A stretch of DNA of 64,000 nucleotides from Dehalococcoidia bacterium (GCA_965197415.1 OZ240207.1:853853-917852); one strand, 5' to 3'; shown: positions 28,823-37,339, counted from the first letter of the stretch. The notes: generated by a model not told the origin, from the sequence alone. Numbers and translations are program-made.

Positions 28823-29640
28823 TAGGGCCTGTTAACACTATTAGTCGAATTATGATACAATTCTGGCATGGAAATAACCGAAGTCCAGTTTCAACGCATC
28901 GCGCCCCATCTCCCGGTGCAGCGGGGCAATGTCAGCCTTTCGAACCTGCGAGTGCTCAACGCAATCTTGTACGTCGCCGAGCATGGCTGCAAATGGCGGG
29001 GGTTGCCGGCCCGGTTTGGCAACTGGCATACCATCTACACCCGCATGAACCGCTGGTCCAAGAGCGGCGTACTGGACCGGATATTCGAACACCTCCAGAA
29101 GGAACAGATAGTGCGCATCAAGCTGGAGGCGGTTTCGATGGACAGCACTACCGTCAAGGTCCATCCCGACGGCACGGGTGCGTTAAAAAAAACGGACCCC
29201 AGTCCATCGGCAAATCCCGCGGAGGTTGGACTACCAAGATTCATATGGTTGCCGCGGATGCTCGGACAGCTATAACCGTTTCCCTCTCTCCCGGACAGGC
29301 CCACGACGCACCGGAGGGGCGCAAGCTGCTGCACCATCTGGGGCCTCAGCATGGGAGCCCGTCTCTGCTGATGGACAGGGCATACGAGGGAAACGAGACC
29401 CGCCAGTTGGCGTTGGCGCTGGGGTTCACGCCCGTCGTTCCGCCGCTGAAGAGCCGGATTGACCCTTGGGAATACGACCGGGAGATATACAAGAAGCGCA
29501 ACGAAATCGAGCGGCTGTTCCGTCGGCTGAAGGGATTTCGCCGCATCTTCTCTCGCTTTGACAAGCTCGACGTACTCTTCCTGGGGTTCATCCTATTCGG
29601 GTTCATCATCGATGCACTACGTTAGTGTTAACAGACCCTA
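28823..29640 (+). mobile_element. IS5-family insertion sequence (IS427/IS1031-like), apparently intact
   Basis: Terminal inverted repeats GGGCCTGTTAACACTA (28825-28840) and the complement of TAGTGTTAACAGACCC (29623-29638), 15/16 matching. Flanked by TA on both sides (28823-24, 29639-40). Two overlapping transposase frames. Confidence 0.85.
28868..29625 (+). CDS. IS5-family DDE transposase, OrfA-OrfB fusion via -1 frameshift at A8 (29185-29192)
   Basis: OrfA 28868..29275 has a DUF4096-like N-terminus (LSNLRVLNAILYVAEHGCKWRGLP). The -1 frame continues as GPQSIGKSRGGWTTKIHM...RNEIERLFRRLKGFRRIFSRFDK (IS5 hallmark). The A8 run joins the two frames. Confidence 0.8.
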
Positions 29641-29642
29641 AT

Positions 29643-29840
29643 CTATCCTCTGGGGTACAAACGGTCCCACCGGGTAGTGAACAACTGGTCGTCGACCCGA
29701 TTGCGGTGCGTCCTAGGAGGCCCAGACAGCTGGGTCAAGAACGACGCAAAGCGTTCTTTCATGGCAATGAGTAGCTTGTGCCGGTGTGGATGTTCCGCGG
29801 TTGTGTCCGGTTCCTGTTTACGCAATGTCAGCGTTGCCAT
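29643..29840 (-). CDS. hypothetical small protein
   Basis: 65-aa ORF with an AAGAGGGA SD 5 nt upstream of the ATG. Its stop lies 2 nt from the IS right end. No family recognised. Confidence 0.3.
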   Translation of the reverse strand: MATLTLRKQEPDTTAEHPHRHKLLIAMKERFASFLTQLSGPPRTHRNRVDDQLFTTRWDRLYPRG

Positions 29841-30130
29841 TGGATCCCTCTTTCTGATAGTTTTCTTAAGCGCGTCTGCATTAACGGTTCGAACTCAGTG
29901 ATGTCTATTTATCAATGTAGCATACTTAACTATATCGTCTAAATGATAATTTAATAGCCGTTCATTTGTCAACAGATATTATATGATTCGCTATATCATT
30001 ATATAGATTTATCTCGCCTGGAACGCAACGGCCCCACACGCGTTGCCCAGCGTATGGCTCGCCCTTATACTCAGACTGACCTCAAATGCCCGCTGCCAAC
30101 GGCGTCTCTCAGGGCCGGAAGGAGGACCCT

Positions 30131-32125
30131 ATGGCTCTCACCAGATTGGACCTCGGCTCTCCCACTCCCTTGGATGGAGGAAGGAACTTTGGACAGGTCG
30201 GGCCGTACCAACGCATCGACGGTACGGCCTACTTTTCAGTTGACCCGGAGAGCGAGGCAAATTCGGTCGTCACAGACCTGCGCCTGGCTCCGAGGAACTC
30301 CGACGGCCTGGTGGCCTTCAGCGCCGACTTCAGCATCCTGCAGCCCGTGGACCCCGAAAAAGGGTCCCGTCGACTGCTCCTGGACGTACTGAACAGAGGC
30401 GGTAGGACTGTCTTACGCTTCTTCAACGGCTACGATCAAGTGGCGCTGCCCCATGCTCCCATAGATCCCGGAAACGGCTTTCTTATGGAACGGGGGTTCA
30501 CTGTGGTGTGGTGCGGCTGGCAGCACGACGTCCCAGACGTACGAGGCCTTATGAGGGCCCACGTGCCCCAGGCGTTGGACTCGCATGGCGACCCACTGAT
30601 AGGGAAGGTCGCGGTAACGTTTCAACCCGTGGAGTTGATGCACACACATCCCTTGTCGGACCGGCTCCACAAACCCTACTCCGCCGCCTCAATGGACGAC
30701 CCCGATGCCGTGCTCACCGTCAGAGACGAGGAAGACTCACCCAGGCAGACCATTCCCAACGAGGCATGGTCTTTCGCTTCAATCGTCGACGGTAAGCTGA
30801 CACCGGACCCGGACCACATCTACATGGAGTCGGGGTTTCAACCGGGCAAGGTATACCAGGTTGTCTACAACACAGACTATGCTCCGGTGGTGGGGCTAGG
30901 TCTGCTAGCCACCAGGGACGTCGTGTCCCACCTGCGACATTCCCAGTTGGAGGCCAATCCCTGCGCAAGGAACATTGACCGGGCCTACGCGTTTGGGGCG
31001 TCCCAGAGCGGACGGTTCCTCCGAGAGTTCCTCTATCTGGGACTCAACCAGTACGAAGAGCACAGGGTCGTATTCGAGGGGGTCATCCCCCACATCGCAG
31101 GCGGCCGTAGAGGGGAGTTCAACCAGAGGTACGGACAACCATCGTCCATGGTGCGTCACAGCCTGGGGCATACGTTTCCCTTCACCGACTCTCTCCAGAC
31201 GGACCCTGAAACGGGAGCAACAGACGGGCTGATGGCCAGGTTGGAGAAGAAAGGCGCGGCGCCCAAGGTGTTCCTGACCAACTCCTCTTCCGAATACTGG
31301 AGGGGCGACGCCGCTCTGGTCCACACTGATGTAGAAGGAGCCAAAGACCTCGAACCTTCGGACGACGTGCGAATCTATTTGTTGGCGGGCACGCAGCACA
31401 GCCGAGGAGGCCTCTTCCTGACCGACTCCAATCCGTTGGACGGCATACGCGCTCAACACTATTTCAACACCGTCGACTACGGGCCTTTGATGAGGGCCAT
31501 GCTGGTGAATCTGGACTCGTGGGTCAGCTCCGGAACGGAGCCGCCTCTCAGCCGGCATCCCCGACTCGACCGCGGCGACCTGTTGGACGCAAGCTCCCTG
31601 GAGCCATTGTTCAGCTCCTTCCCCGCAACCGGATTTCCGGGCAGTCTGTGTCCCTTGTCCCGTATGAACTTCGGCGAAGGAGCCAACTCCGGCATAGCCT
31701 CCGAGCTTCCTCCACGCATAGGTAAGGCTTACCCATTTCTGACGCCGTCCGTGGACTCCGACGGCAACGAAACGTCAGGAATCCTGCTGCCGGATATAAG
31801 CGTGCCCCTGGCCGCATACACCGGTTGGAACCTGCGCCACCCGGAGATAGGGGCCCCAGACCAAATACTGAGGCTAATAGGGTCCACTCTCGTATTTCCG
31901 GCAACCAAAGCCGACCGGGAAGCCTCCAATGACCCCAGGCCTTCCATCGAGGAACGCTACGACTCCCTGGAGTCCTACCTGGCGTTGGTCGAAGCAGCAG
32001 CCAGGGAGCTGGTGAAAGAACGGTTTCTGCTGAAAGAAGACGTCGCGCCGATAGTAGAGTTGGCTGCCCGCCGCTGGCGCCTGTTTTCGGGATTGTCCGC
32101 GCCGACGAGGGCTGCCCTGACATGA
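30131..32125 (+). CDS. large alpha/beta-hydrolase-domain protein (uncharacterised family)
   Basis: Start at MALTRLDLG with a GGAAGGAGG SD (the ORF track starts at 30086). N-terminal pattern GPYQRIDGTAYFSVDP..DLRLAPRNSDGLVAFSADFSILQP..LLLDVLNRGG recalls an uncharacterised hydrolase family. Call is from memory only. Confidence 0.55.
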   Translation: MALTRLDLGSPTPLDGGRNFGQVGPYQRIDGTAYFSVDPESEANSVVTDLRLAPRNSDGLVAFSADFSILQPVDPEKGSRRLLLDVLNRGGRTVLRFFNGYDQVALPHAPIDPGNGFLMERGFTVVWCGWQHDVPDVRGLMRAHVPQALDSHGDPLIGKVAVTFQPVELMHTHPLSDRLHKPYSAASMDDPDAVLTVRDEEDSPRQTIPNEAWSFASIVDGKLTPDPDHIYMESGFQPGKVYQVVYNTDYAPVVGLGLLATRDVVSHLRHSQLEANPCARNIDRAYAFGASQSGRFLREFLYLGLNQYEEHRVVFEGVIPHIAGGRRGEFNQRYGQPSSMVRHSLGHTFPFTDSLQTDPETGATDGLMARLEKKGAAPKVFLTNSSSEYWRGDAALVHTDVEGAKDLEPSDDVRIYLLAGTQHSRGGLFLTDSNPLDGIRAQHYFNTVDYGPLMRAMLVNLDSWVSSGTEPPLSRHPRLDRGDLLDASSLEPLFSSFPATGFPGSLCPLSRMNFGEGANSGIASELPPRIGKAYPFLTPSVDSDGNETSGILLPDISVPLAAYTGWNLRHPEIGAPDQILRLIGSTLVFPATKADREASNDPRPSIEERYDSLESYLALVEAAARELVKERFLLKEDVAPIVELAARRWRLFSGLSAPTRAALT

Positions 32126-32169
32126 GACCCCAGTGGGTGTGCGGTTAGGTTAAGGCCCTGTAGATATGC

Positions 32170-32195
32170 AGAGGGGCCTGTTTCCAGGCCCCTCT
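32170..32195. terminator. GC-rich hairpin between convergent genes (putative bidirectional terminator)
   Basis: agaggggcct (32170-79), gtttcc, aggcccctct (32186-95): a perfect 10-bp stem. No clear U-tract on either strand. Confidence 0.45.
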
Positions 32196-32225
32196 CTCAG
32201 GCTTGGCGGCTTCCAGCCGTCAGGG

Positions 32226-32432
32226 TTACAAAGGACTTGGGGCCGGGCCGGACGGGGCCGCCTGCTTTTGCCGACGGAGGGGCCGGACCTGCGGGTTTCG
32301 AGCCACGGTGTCCAGCGTTTCGTGAAGGTCCCGCTGCCACCCGCAATTGAGACAGTAGACGAACTTTCCGTAATGGTCCCGGTCGGAGACTATCGCCCCC
32401 AAACATTTCGGGCAGGACTTTAGAAGCATCAT
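32226..32432 (-). CDS. small zinc-ribbon protein
   Basis: 68 aa with CPKC...17 residues...CLNC (a four-Cys zinc ribbon) followed by a basic, Pro-rich tail. Confidence 0.5.
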   Translation of the reverse strand: MMLLKSCPKCLGAIVSDRDHYGKFVYCLNCGWQRDLHETLDTVARNPQVRPLRRQKQAAPSGPAPSPL

Positions 32433-32464
32433 GACCCCACCTCTTTTCGTGCGAGCTCGTTAGG

Positions 32465-32599
32465 TCAGGTTACGCCGGAGTGCTTTCTTCTGCCAGCGTG
32501 CTGGTCCTCAACGTAAAAAGCCCAGGCGCCCGGACCCTCCACCCTTCTTGCCGCCACAAACCGGATGTCCCAAACCTCTTTAGTTCTCCGCTCGTTCAT
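32465..32599 (-). CDS. possible 44-aa leader ORF upstream of the zinc-ribbon gene
   Basis: Below the ORF-track size cut-off. ATG at 32599 with an AGGAGA SD. Reads MNERRTKEVWDIRFVAARRVEGPGAWAFYVEDQHAGRRKHSGVT. Lies downstream of a consensus promoter. Confidence 0.25.
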   Translation of the reverse strand: MNERRTKEVWDIRFVAARRVEGPGAWAFYVEDQHAGRRKHSGVT

Positions 32600-32647
32600 C
32601 CGGCCTATCTCCTATTGTTCGTCCGTTTGCCTGGGCTTTACACTGGT

Positions 32648-32677
32648 ATTATAATAGTTAATATCATAAAATGTCAA
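32648..32677 (-). promoter_or_regulatory. near-consensus sigma70 promoter (minus strand)
   Basis: Minus strand TTGACA (32677-32672), 18 nt spacer, TATAAT (32653-32648), in an AT-rich patch. Confidence 0.5.
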
Positions 32678-32862
32678 CAGGCCAGCCTATAATCACAACT
32701 CGATCTAACAAGGTCGGAGGCCGGTGGCAGACAGGAATATGTGGACAGCTGAGGTTTCTACCGGCGCAGGTTGGGGAAATTGGCCTGAGATTATAGTATA
32801 TTAGAGCATCGCGGAAGCCGCCCAACCGGAGGGCGCCCGCAGACAGCTAAGGAAAGGGAATA

Positions 32863-34161
32863 GTGACCAACAGAGAGATTTCAATATCCGCCGACCTGGA
32901 TATGCTCCGCAGGCGCAACACGGAGTTGGAGCGACTGGAGCAGGACCATAGAAGAATAGAAGGTTCCTTGGTTGACAGGAACCGGGAGTTGGAGACCCTC
33001 TTCGAGGTCGCCAACCTTCTCAGCCGGCCCGGCACGTTCCAGGAAAAAGTCTCCAGAGTGCTCGACGACCTGGCCCAAATCACCCAGGCTGATCGGGCCC
33101 TTTTCCTGGTCAAGGACGAGTACGAAGAGGGCTTGCGTCAAGCGGGAGTCGCGGGTCTCGGCAACCCGGAGCTTCGCGATAACTTGGTTCCTTTCGAAAG
33201 CGTCTCCGGCAAGGCCTTCCTTGATGGACAGCCCGTGGTCGTCGACGACTACATCACTCACCCAGATTCGATAGCCTCCGGGATCTCCCAGGGCGTCAGG
33301 TCGGCCGTGGTGCTACCGGTCAAGGGGAGCGAGGGCATCGTCGGGGTCTTGGACGTGGTGTCAAGGGAGACCGGCTATTTCACGCCGGAGCGGGTGCGCT
33401 TTCTGACAGCGGTGGGCAGCGGCCTGGGTCTGCTGCTTGAGAACGCACGCCTGTACGAGACATTGGAGCGGCACGCCGAAGAACTCACCCGTTCCAACAC
33501 CGAGCTGGAGCAGTTCGCCTACGTGGCCTCCCATGACCTGCAGGAACCCCTCCGAATGGTGACCAGCTACGTCGAGATACTGGCCGACGAGTATCAGGAT
33601 AAACTGGACGACAACGCCGACAGGTACATCGGTTACGCTGTGGACGGCGCCAAGAGAATGAAGGCTCTCATTGACGACCTGCTGGCATACTCAAGGCTCA
33701 GTTCGGGTGGCAACAAGTTCGAGAACACGGACTGCAATCACGTAGTCGACCGGGTGGTAGAGGCGCTGAACGCCTCCATCACCGAGACGGGGGCCTCCTG
33801 CAACTCCGGAAGCCTGCCCACCGTCAAGGGAGACGGCATGCAGCTGCACCAGCTGTTCCAGAATCTGATTTCCAACGGCATCAAGTTCCGGTCCCATGAG
33901 ACGCCTAGAATCGACGTCTCAGCCCAACGGGAAGGCGAACACTGGCTCTTTGCAATCAAGGACAACGGGATCGGGATAGCTCCCCGTCACCACGAACAGA
34001 TATTCCAGATGTTCCAGAGACTGCACCACAGAGGAGAATATCCGGGGACTGGGGTGGGGTTGGCCGTATCCGCTAAGATAGTCCAGCGTCACGGCGGGAC
34101 TATCTGGGTGGACTCGGACGAAGGCAAAGGTACCACTGTATATTTCACAATTCCGGCTTGA
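32863..34161 (+). CDS. cytoplasmic GAF-domain sensor histidine kinase
   Basis: Coiled-coil N-terminus, a GAF-like region, H-box FAYVASHDLQEPLRMV, N/G boxes (LISNGIKF, DNGIGI, GTGVGLA). No TM segments. Confidence 0.85.
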   Translation: MTNREISISADLDMLRRRNTELERLEQDHRRIEGSLVDRNRELETLFEVANLLSRPGTFQEKVSRVLDDLAQITQADRALFLVKDEYEEGLRQAGVAGLGNPELRDNLVPFESVSGKAFLDGQPVVVDDYITHPDSIASGISQGVRSAVVLPVKGSEGIVGVLDVVSRETGYFTPERVRFLTAVGSGLGLLLENARLYETLERHAEELTRSNTELEQFAYVASHDLQEPLRMVTSYVEILADEYQDKLDDNADRYIGYAVDGAKRMKALIDDLLAYSRLSSGGNKFENTDCNHVVDRVVEALNASITETGASCNSGSLPTVKGDGMQLHQLFQNLISNGIKFRSHETPRIDVSAQREGEHWLFAIKDNGIGIAPRHHEQIFQMFQRLHHRGEYPGTGVGLAVSAKIVQRHGGTIWVDSDEGKGTTVYFTIPA

Positions 34162-34174
34162 AGGGAGGTGAGTC

Positions 34175-34618
34175 GTGGGAACTCTTGATACACCTATCGA
34201 AGTGCTGTTGGTTGAGGACAATCCAGGCGACGTGGAACTGGTGGAACGTGCGGTGAGAAACTCCGATTTCCATCTCAACATGACCGTCGCCATGGACGGG
34301 GAAGAGGCTATGACTGTCCTGCGGCAGGAAGGAGACTACGCCGATTCACCTCGCCCGGATCTGGTGCTTCTGGACCTGAACCTCCCAAAGAAGGACGGTC
34401 GGCAGGTGCTGTCCGACATCAGGTCGGACCCCGAGTTGAAGAACCTTCTTGTCGTAGTCCTCACCAGTTCCCCCACCCAGGAAGACCTGCTGAAAGCCTA
34501 TGACCTCCACAGCAACGGTTATGTAAGCAAGCCCGTTGACTCAAAGGCGTTCGATTCCGTTGTGAAGGACGTACTCAACTACTGGTTCAATGTCTCCCGT
34601 CTCCCCAGGAACAACTAG
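34175..34618 (+). CDS. single-domain response regulator (receiver only)
   Basis: LLVEDNPGD, phospho-acceptor context DLVLLDLNLPKKDG, LTSS, and K in YVSKP. No output domain. Confidence 0.85.
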   Translation: MGTLDTPIEVLLVEDNPGDVELVERAVRNSDFHLNMTVAMDGEEAMTVLRQEGDYADSPRPDLVLLDLNLPKKDGRQVLSDIRSDPELKNLLVVVLTSSPTQEDLLKAYDLHSNGYVSKPVDSKAFDSVVKDVLNYWFNVSRLPRNN

Positions 34619-34678
34619 GGGGCGGAGACCTGGCGTTCGCCTCTGAAAATCCATCATATCCACTAGGAGGAAGAAAGA

Positions 34679-34912
34679 ATGACGACTGAACACACCTACA
34701 AGATCATCGAGCTGGTGGGGTCCTCGCCCGACGGGTTGGAGAGCGCCATCGAAAACGCCATATCCAGAGCCGGTGCGACTCTTAAGGGTCTGGACTGGTT
34801 TGAGGTCCGTGAAATCCGAGGAGCCATCAGCGAAGGGAAGATCGGCTGGTACCAGGTGAAACTGGGAATCGGCTTCCGTGTGTTGGACCCAGCCGACCTG
34901 CAGCGGGAGTAA
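34679..34912 (+). CDS. dodecin family flavin-binding protein
   Basis: 77 aa. HTYKIIELVGSSPDGLESAIENAISRAG.TLKGLDWFEVREIRG...VKLGIGFRV matches the dodecin pattern closely. Confidence 0.8.
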   Translation: MTTEHTYKIIELVGSSPDGLESAIENAISRAGATLKGLDWFEVREIRGAISEGKIGWYQVKLGIGFRVLDPADLQRE

Positions 34913-34950
34913 TCCGCCCCGCGAGGTCCACACGCTTAGTCAACCCAAGG

Positions 34951-34998
34951 CCCAGCCCCGGTCCGCCGCCCAGTCTCTGCGGCAGATGTGGGGCTGGG
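34951..34998 (+). terminator. hairpin downstream of the dodecin gene
   Basis: cccagcccc (34951-59) pairs with ggggctggg (34990-98). The 30-nt loop has an inner gccgc/gcggc stem. No U-tract. Confidence 0.3.
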
Positions 34999-35255
34999 CG
35001 CTAACTCGTTGCCGACCAGAGCGGCGGCAAGCGCCCGCCTTTCTTTCATCTCCACCTGGGGTCGGATGCAACTCCCTGGGCCCCAGTGTGCGAAACCACA
35101 CCCGGAGCGGCATCATTCCCTTATAGCCCATAGCCCGAATGTTGCCGACGGATTACGTTAGCGTTGCCTATATGTAATCCCGACAACAAATCTCTTTCCT
35201 ATATTCCTGCCCTGCCCCAGAAGGCCGCAGCATCCTCCCCGCAATCCGGTAACCG

Positions 35256-35299
35256 TCCTTAACCAAACCTTAAACCCAGGATAATCTCCCGTTAACTGA
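35256..35299 (+). promoter_or_regulatory. four 11-bp-phased CSTTAA direct repeats upstream of the MGS-like gene
   Basis: tccTTAAccaa / accTTAAaccc / aggATAAtctc / ccgTTAActga, in exact 11-bp register. The array ends 60 nt before the start codon. Confidence 0.35.
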
Positions 35300-35359
35300 C
35301 TTGGGCCATGCTGGGATTGGCTCCATGAACGCAATAGGGGCCTTTGAAAGGGGGAGGAT

Positions 35360-36034
35360 GTGAGGAACGAGTACACAGACTTCCTGGGCAGTGCCGGGCT
35401 TCCGGTTCTCAGGATCGCGCTGTTGGCCTCGGACGATATCCGAGAAGCTCTGTACGGATTGCTTGGCTGCCATCTCCATCTGCTCAGGCGCGCAACGCTG
35501 GTGGCGCCCCAAGCTACGGCCATTCTATGTGAAGCTAGATTCGGTCTCTCGATAAGCTGGATTAACCGAGGCCTGTCGGGAGGCGTAAGCCACGTGGCCG
35601 AGCTTGTGGCGGAAAAGAGTTTGGACGCAGTCATATTTCTCCGGGACTCCGACAACACCGCGTTCGACGACCCCGACGGAGATCGCCTGTTGAGGGTTTG
35701 CGACAACCGCCAGGTCCCGGTGGCGACCAACGCCGCCACAGCCCATGCCCTGCTTCCCCACCTGGAACGCTCCGAATGCGCCATCGGGCTTCCTTTGTTC
35801 AACGACGACGGGGCAATATATGGGGTGTGCTCCAACCAGAATGTCTTGCCAGAGACGGACCGACTGTCGTCGGACCCGCGCAGTCTGATGATAGCTTCTC
35901 TGGAGACCAAAACGGTCTCCAGAACGCGAAGGCGGCTCGCCAAGTCCTACATGCCCACCCAAAGCTCCGTTGCTTTTGGGAGAGGTCGGCAACGACTAGG
36001 GTGGGCTTTTAATGTTCCGTTAACGCCGCCTTAA
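35360..36034 (+). CDS. methylglyoxal synthase-like (MGS-like) domain protein, C-terminal extent uncertain
   Basis: LRIALLASDD...ATLVAPQATA...GLSGGVSHVAELVAEKSLDAVIFLRDSD....DPDGDRLLRVCDNRQVPVATNAATA parallels MgsA, but the HDxxK catalytic motif is SDDIR. GTG start. The tail after about 35800 is unsupported. Confidence 0.5.
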   Translation: MRNEYTDFLGSAGLPVLRIALLASDDIREALYGLLGCHLHLLRRATLVAPQATAILCEARFGLSISWINRGLSGGVSHVAELVAEKSLDAVIFLRDSDNTAFDDPDGDRLLRVCDNRQVPVATNAATAHALLPHLERSECAIGLPLFNDDGAIYGVCSNQNVLPETDRLSSDPRSLMIASLETKTVSRTRRRLAKSYMPTQSSVAFGRGRQRLGWAFNVPLTPP

Positions 36035-36060
36035 TCAAGCGTTAAGCCGTCGTTAACCAA
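36017..36060 (+). promoter_or_regulatory. four 11-bp-phased CSTTAA direct repeats upstream of pstS (candidate Pho-box-like array)
   Basis: ccgTTAAcgcc / gccTTAAtcaa / gcgTTAAgccg / tcgTTAAccaa, in exact 11-bp register. The array ends 53 nt before the pstS ATG. Confidence 0.4.
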
Positions 36061-36112
36061 CCGATCTTAAGGTAGCAACTGGCAAAAAATAAAGGAGGGA
36101 TGTACACACAGA

Positions 36113-37069
36113 ATGCTAGCAAACTCCGTTTCCAGTATACGTCGCGCCTTCGTTTTCGTCCCCATCGCCATGGCGCTTGTCCTCCTCTCTGCCGCGTGCG
36201 GAGAGGATGATGCGCCAACAACGACCGAGAAACTGTCGGGCATCATCGAGATAGACGGCTCCTCCACTGTAGCCCCGGTCTCCCAGGCCGTCGCTGAAGA
36301 GTTCCAGAAGGTCCACTCCAACGTCAGACCCGTCGTGGGCGTCTCGGGGACCGGCGCAGGATTTAAGCGCTTCACCGCCGGCGAGACCGACATCTCCGAC
36401 GCTTCCCGGCCCATAAAGTCTTCCGAGGCCGAAGCCGCAGCCGCCAACGGCGTCGAATACTTCGAACTCAAGGTTGGAACCGACGGACTCTCCGTTATGG
36501 TCAACCCAGACAACCACTTCGTTGACTGCCTCACCGTTGGAGAGCTCAAGGCCATCTGGGAACCCGGCTCCAGCGTCTCCACCTGGAAGGACGTAAGGTC
36601 CGAATGGCCTGACGATGAAATCCGTCTGTACGGTCCCGGAACAGACTCCGGCACTTTCGACTACTTCACCGAAGAGATAGTCGGAGAAGCCCGTAAGTCC
36701 CGCGCCGACTTCACTCCCTCAGAGGACGACAACGTCCTGGTGCTGGGAATCTACGGCGACAAGAACTCCCTGGGATACTTCGGCTACGCCTACTACATCG
36801 AGAACCAGGACAAACTCAAGGTAGTGGCCGTCGATAACGGAGACGGCTGCGTCGCCCCTTCCGCCGCGACAATTGAGGACGGGTCCTACACGCCTCTTGC
36901 CCGTCCGCTCTTCATCTACGTGAACAAGAAGAGCCTGGAGCGCCCAGAGGTCAAAGCCTTCGTGGAGTTCTACATGACCGACGGCCCCGACTTGGTCCGG
37001 GAAGTCGGATACGAGGCCGAGGCCCCTGAGACCTACCAGGAAAACCTGGCAATGATCAAACTACGCTGA
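36113..37069 (+). CDS. pstS: phosphate ABC transporter substrate-binding lipoprotein PstS family
   Basis: Signal + lipobox (LLSAAC). [20 protein letters not shown]...[24 protein letters not shown] is the PBP-like-2/PstS signature. AAAGGAGGG SD. Confidence 0.85.
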   Translation: MLANSVSSIRRAFVFVPIAMALVLLSAACGEDDAPTTTEKLSGIIEIDGSSTVAPVSQAVAEEFQKVHSNVRPVVGVSGTGAGFKRFTAGETDISDASRPIKSSEAEAAAANGVEYFELKVGTDGLSVMVNPDNHFVDCLTVGELKAIWEPGSSVSTWKDVRSEWPDDEIRLYGPGTDSGTFDYFTEEIVGEARKSRADFTPSEDDNVLVLGIYGDKNSLGYFGYAYYIENQDKLKVVAVDNGDGCVAPSAATIEDGSYTPLARPLFIYVNKKSLERPEVKAFVEFYMTDGPDLVREVGYEAEAPETYQENLAMIKLR

Positions 37070-37306
37070 TTCAACCCCTTCCAGGGGACGGCGGCTCCAC
37101 TGAGTTTACCCTCTCCAGCAGCGGACGCCGCTCCCCTGGGTCGGCCAAACTTGGCCCCAGCCGCCGCCGCACCACCCATAGCGGCTCTCTCGCCACCGCC
37201 AACCGGCGCCAAAAAGACATGTGGGGACCCTACGCCCCGGTAGTTATACTCAACGAAAACCCAGTCTAAACCGTGTAAACTGCCTAGGCGAATCTCTACA
37301 AAAGTA

Positions 37307-37339
37307 TTGACACTGATACACGGTTAGTGTAGATTAACC
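37307..37339 (+). promoter_or_regulatory. putative bfd-bfr promoter with overlapping inverted repeat
   Basis: TTGACA (37307-12), 17 nt spacer, TAGATT (37330-35). The inverted repeat GGTTAG (37322-27) / TTAACC (37334-39) spans the -10. Confidence 0.4.

Noticed and set aside
28774-29625. The single 283-aa ORF across the IS element.
   Set aside because: Only its C-terminal half is transposase-like. The N-terminal transposase domain is in the +1-offset frame (28868..29275). An A8 slippery run joins the two frames, so the frameshift model replaces it.
35158-35943. 261-aa minus-strand ORF, and the 195-aa minus ORF at 36067..36654.
   Set aside because: Both are Ser/Arg-rich and antisense to the MGS-like and PstS genes, which have recognisable motifs and SDs.
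37322-37339. Calling the bfd promoter palindrome a canonical IdeR/DtxR box.
   Set aside because: The half-sites are similar, but the spacing is about 5 bp longer than the 19-bp consensus. It is kept only as a generic candidate operator.
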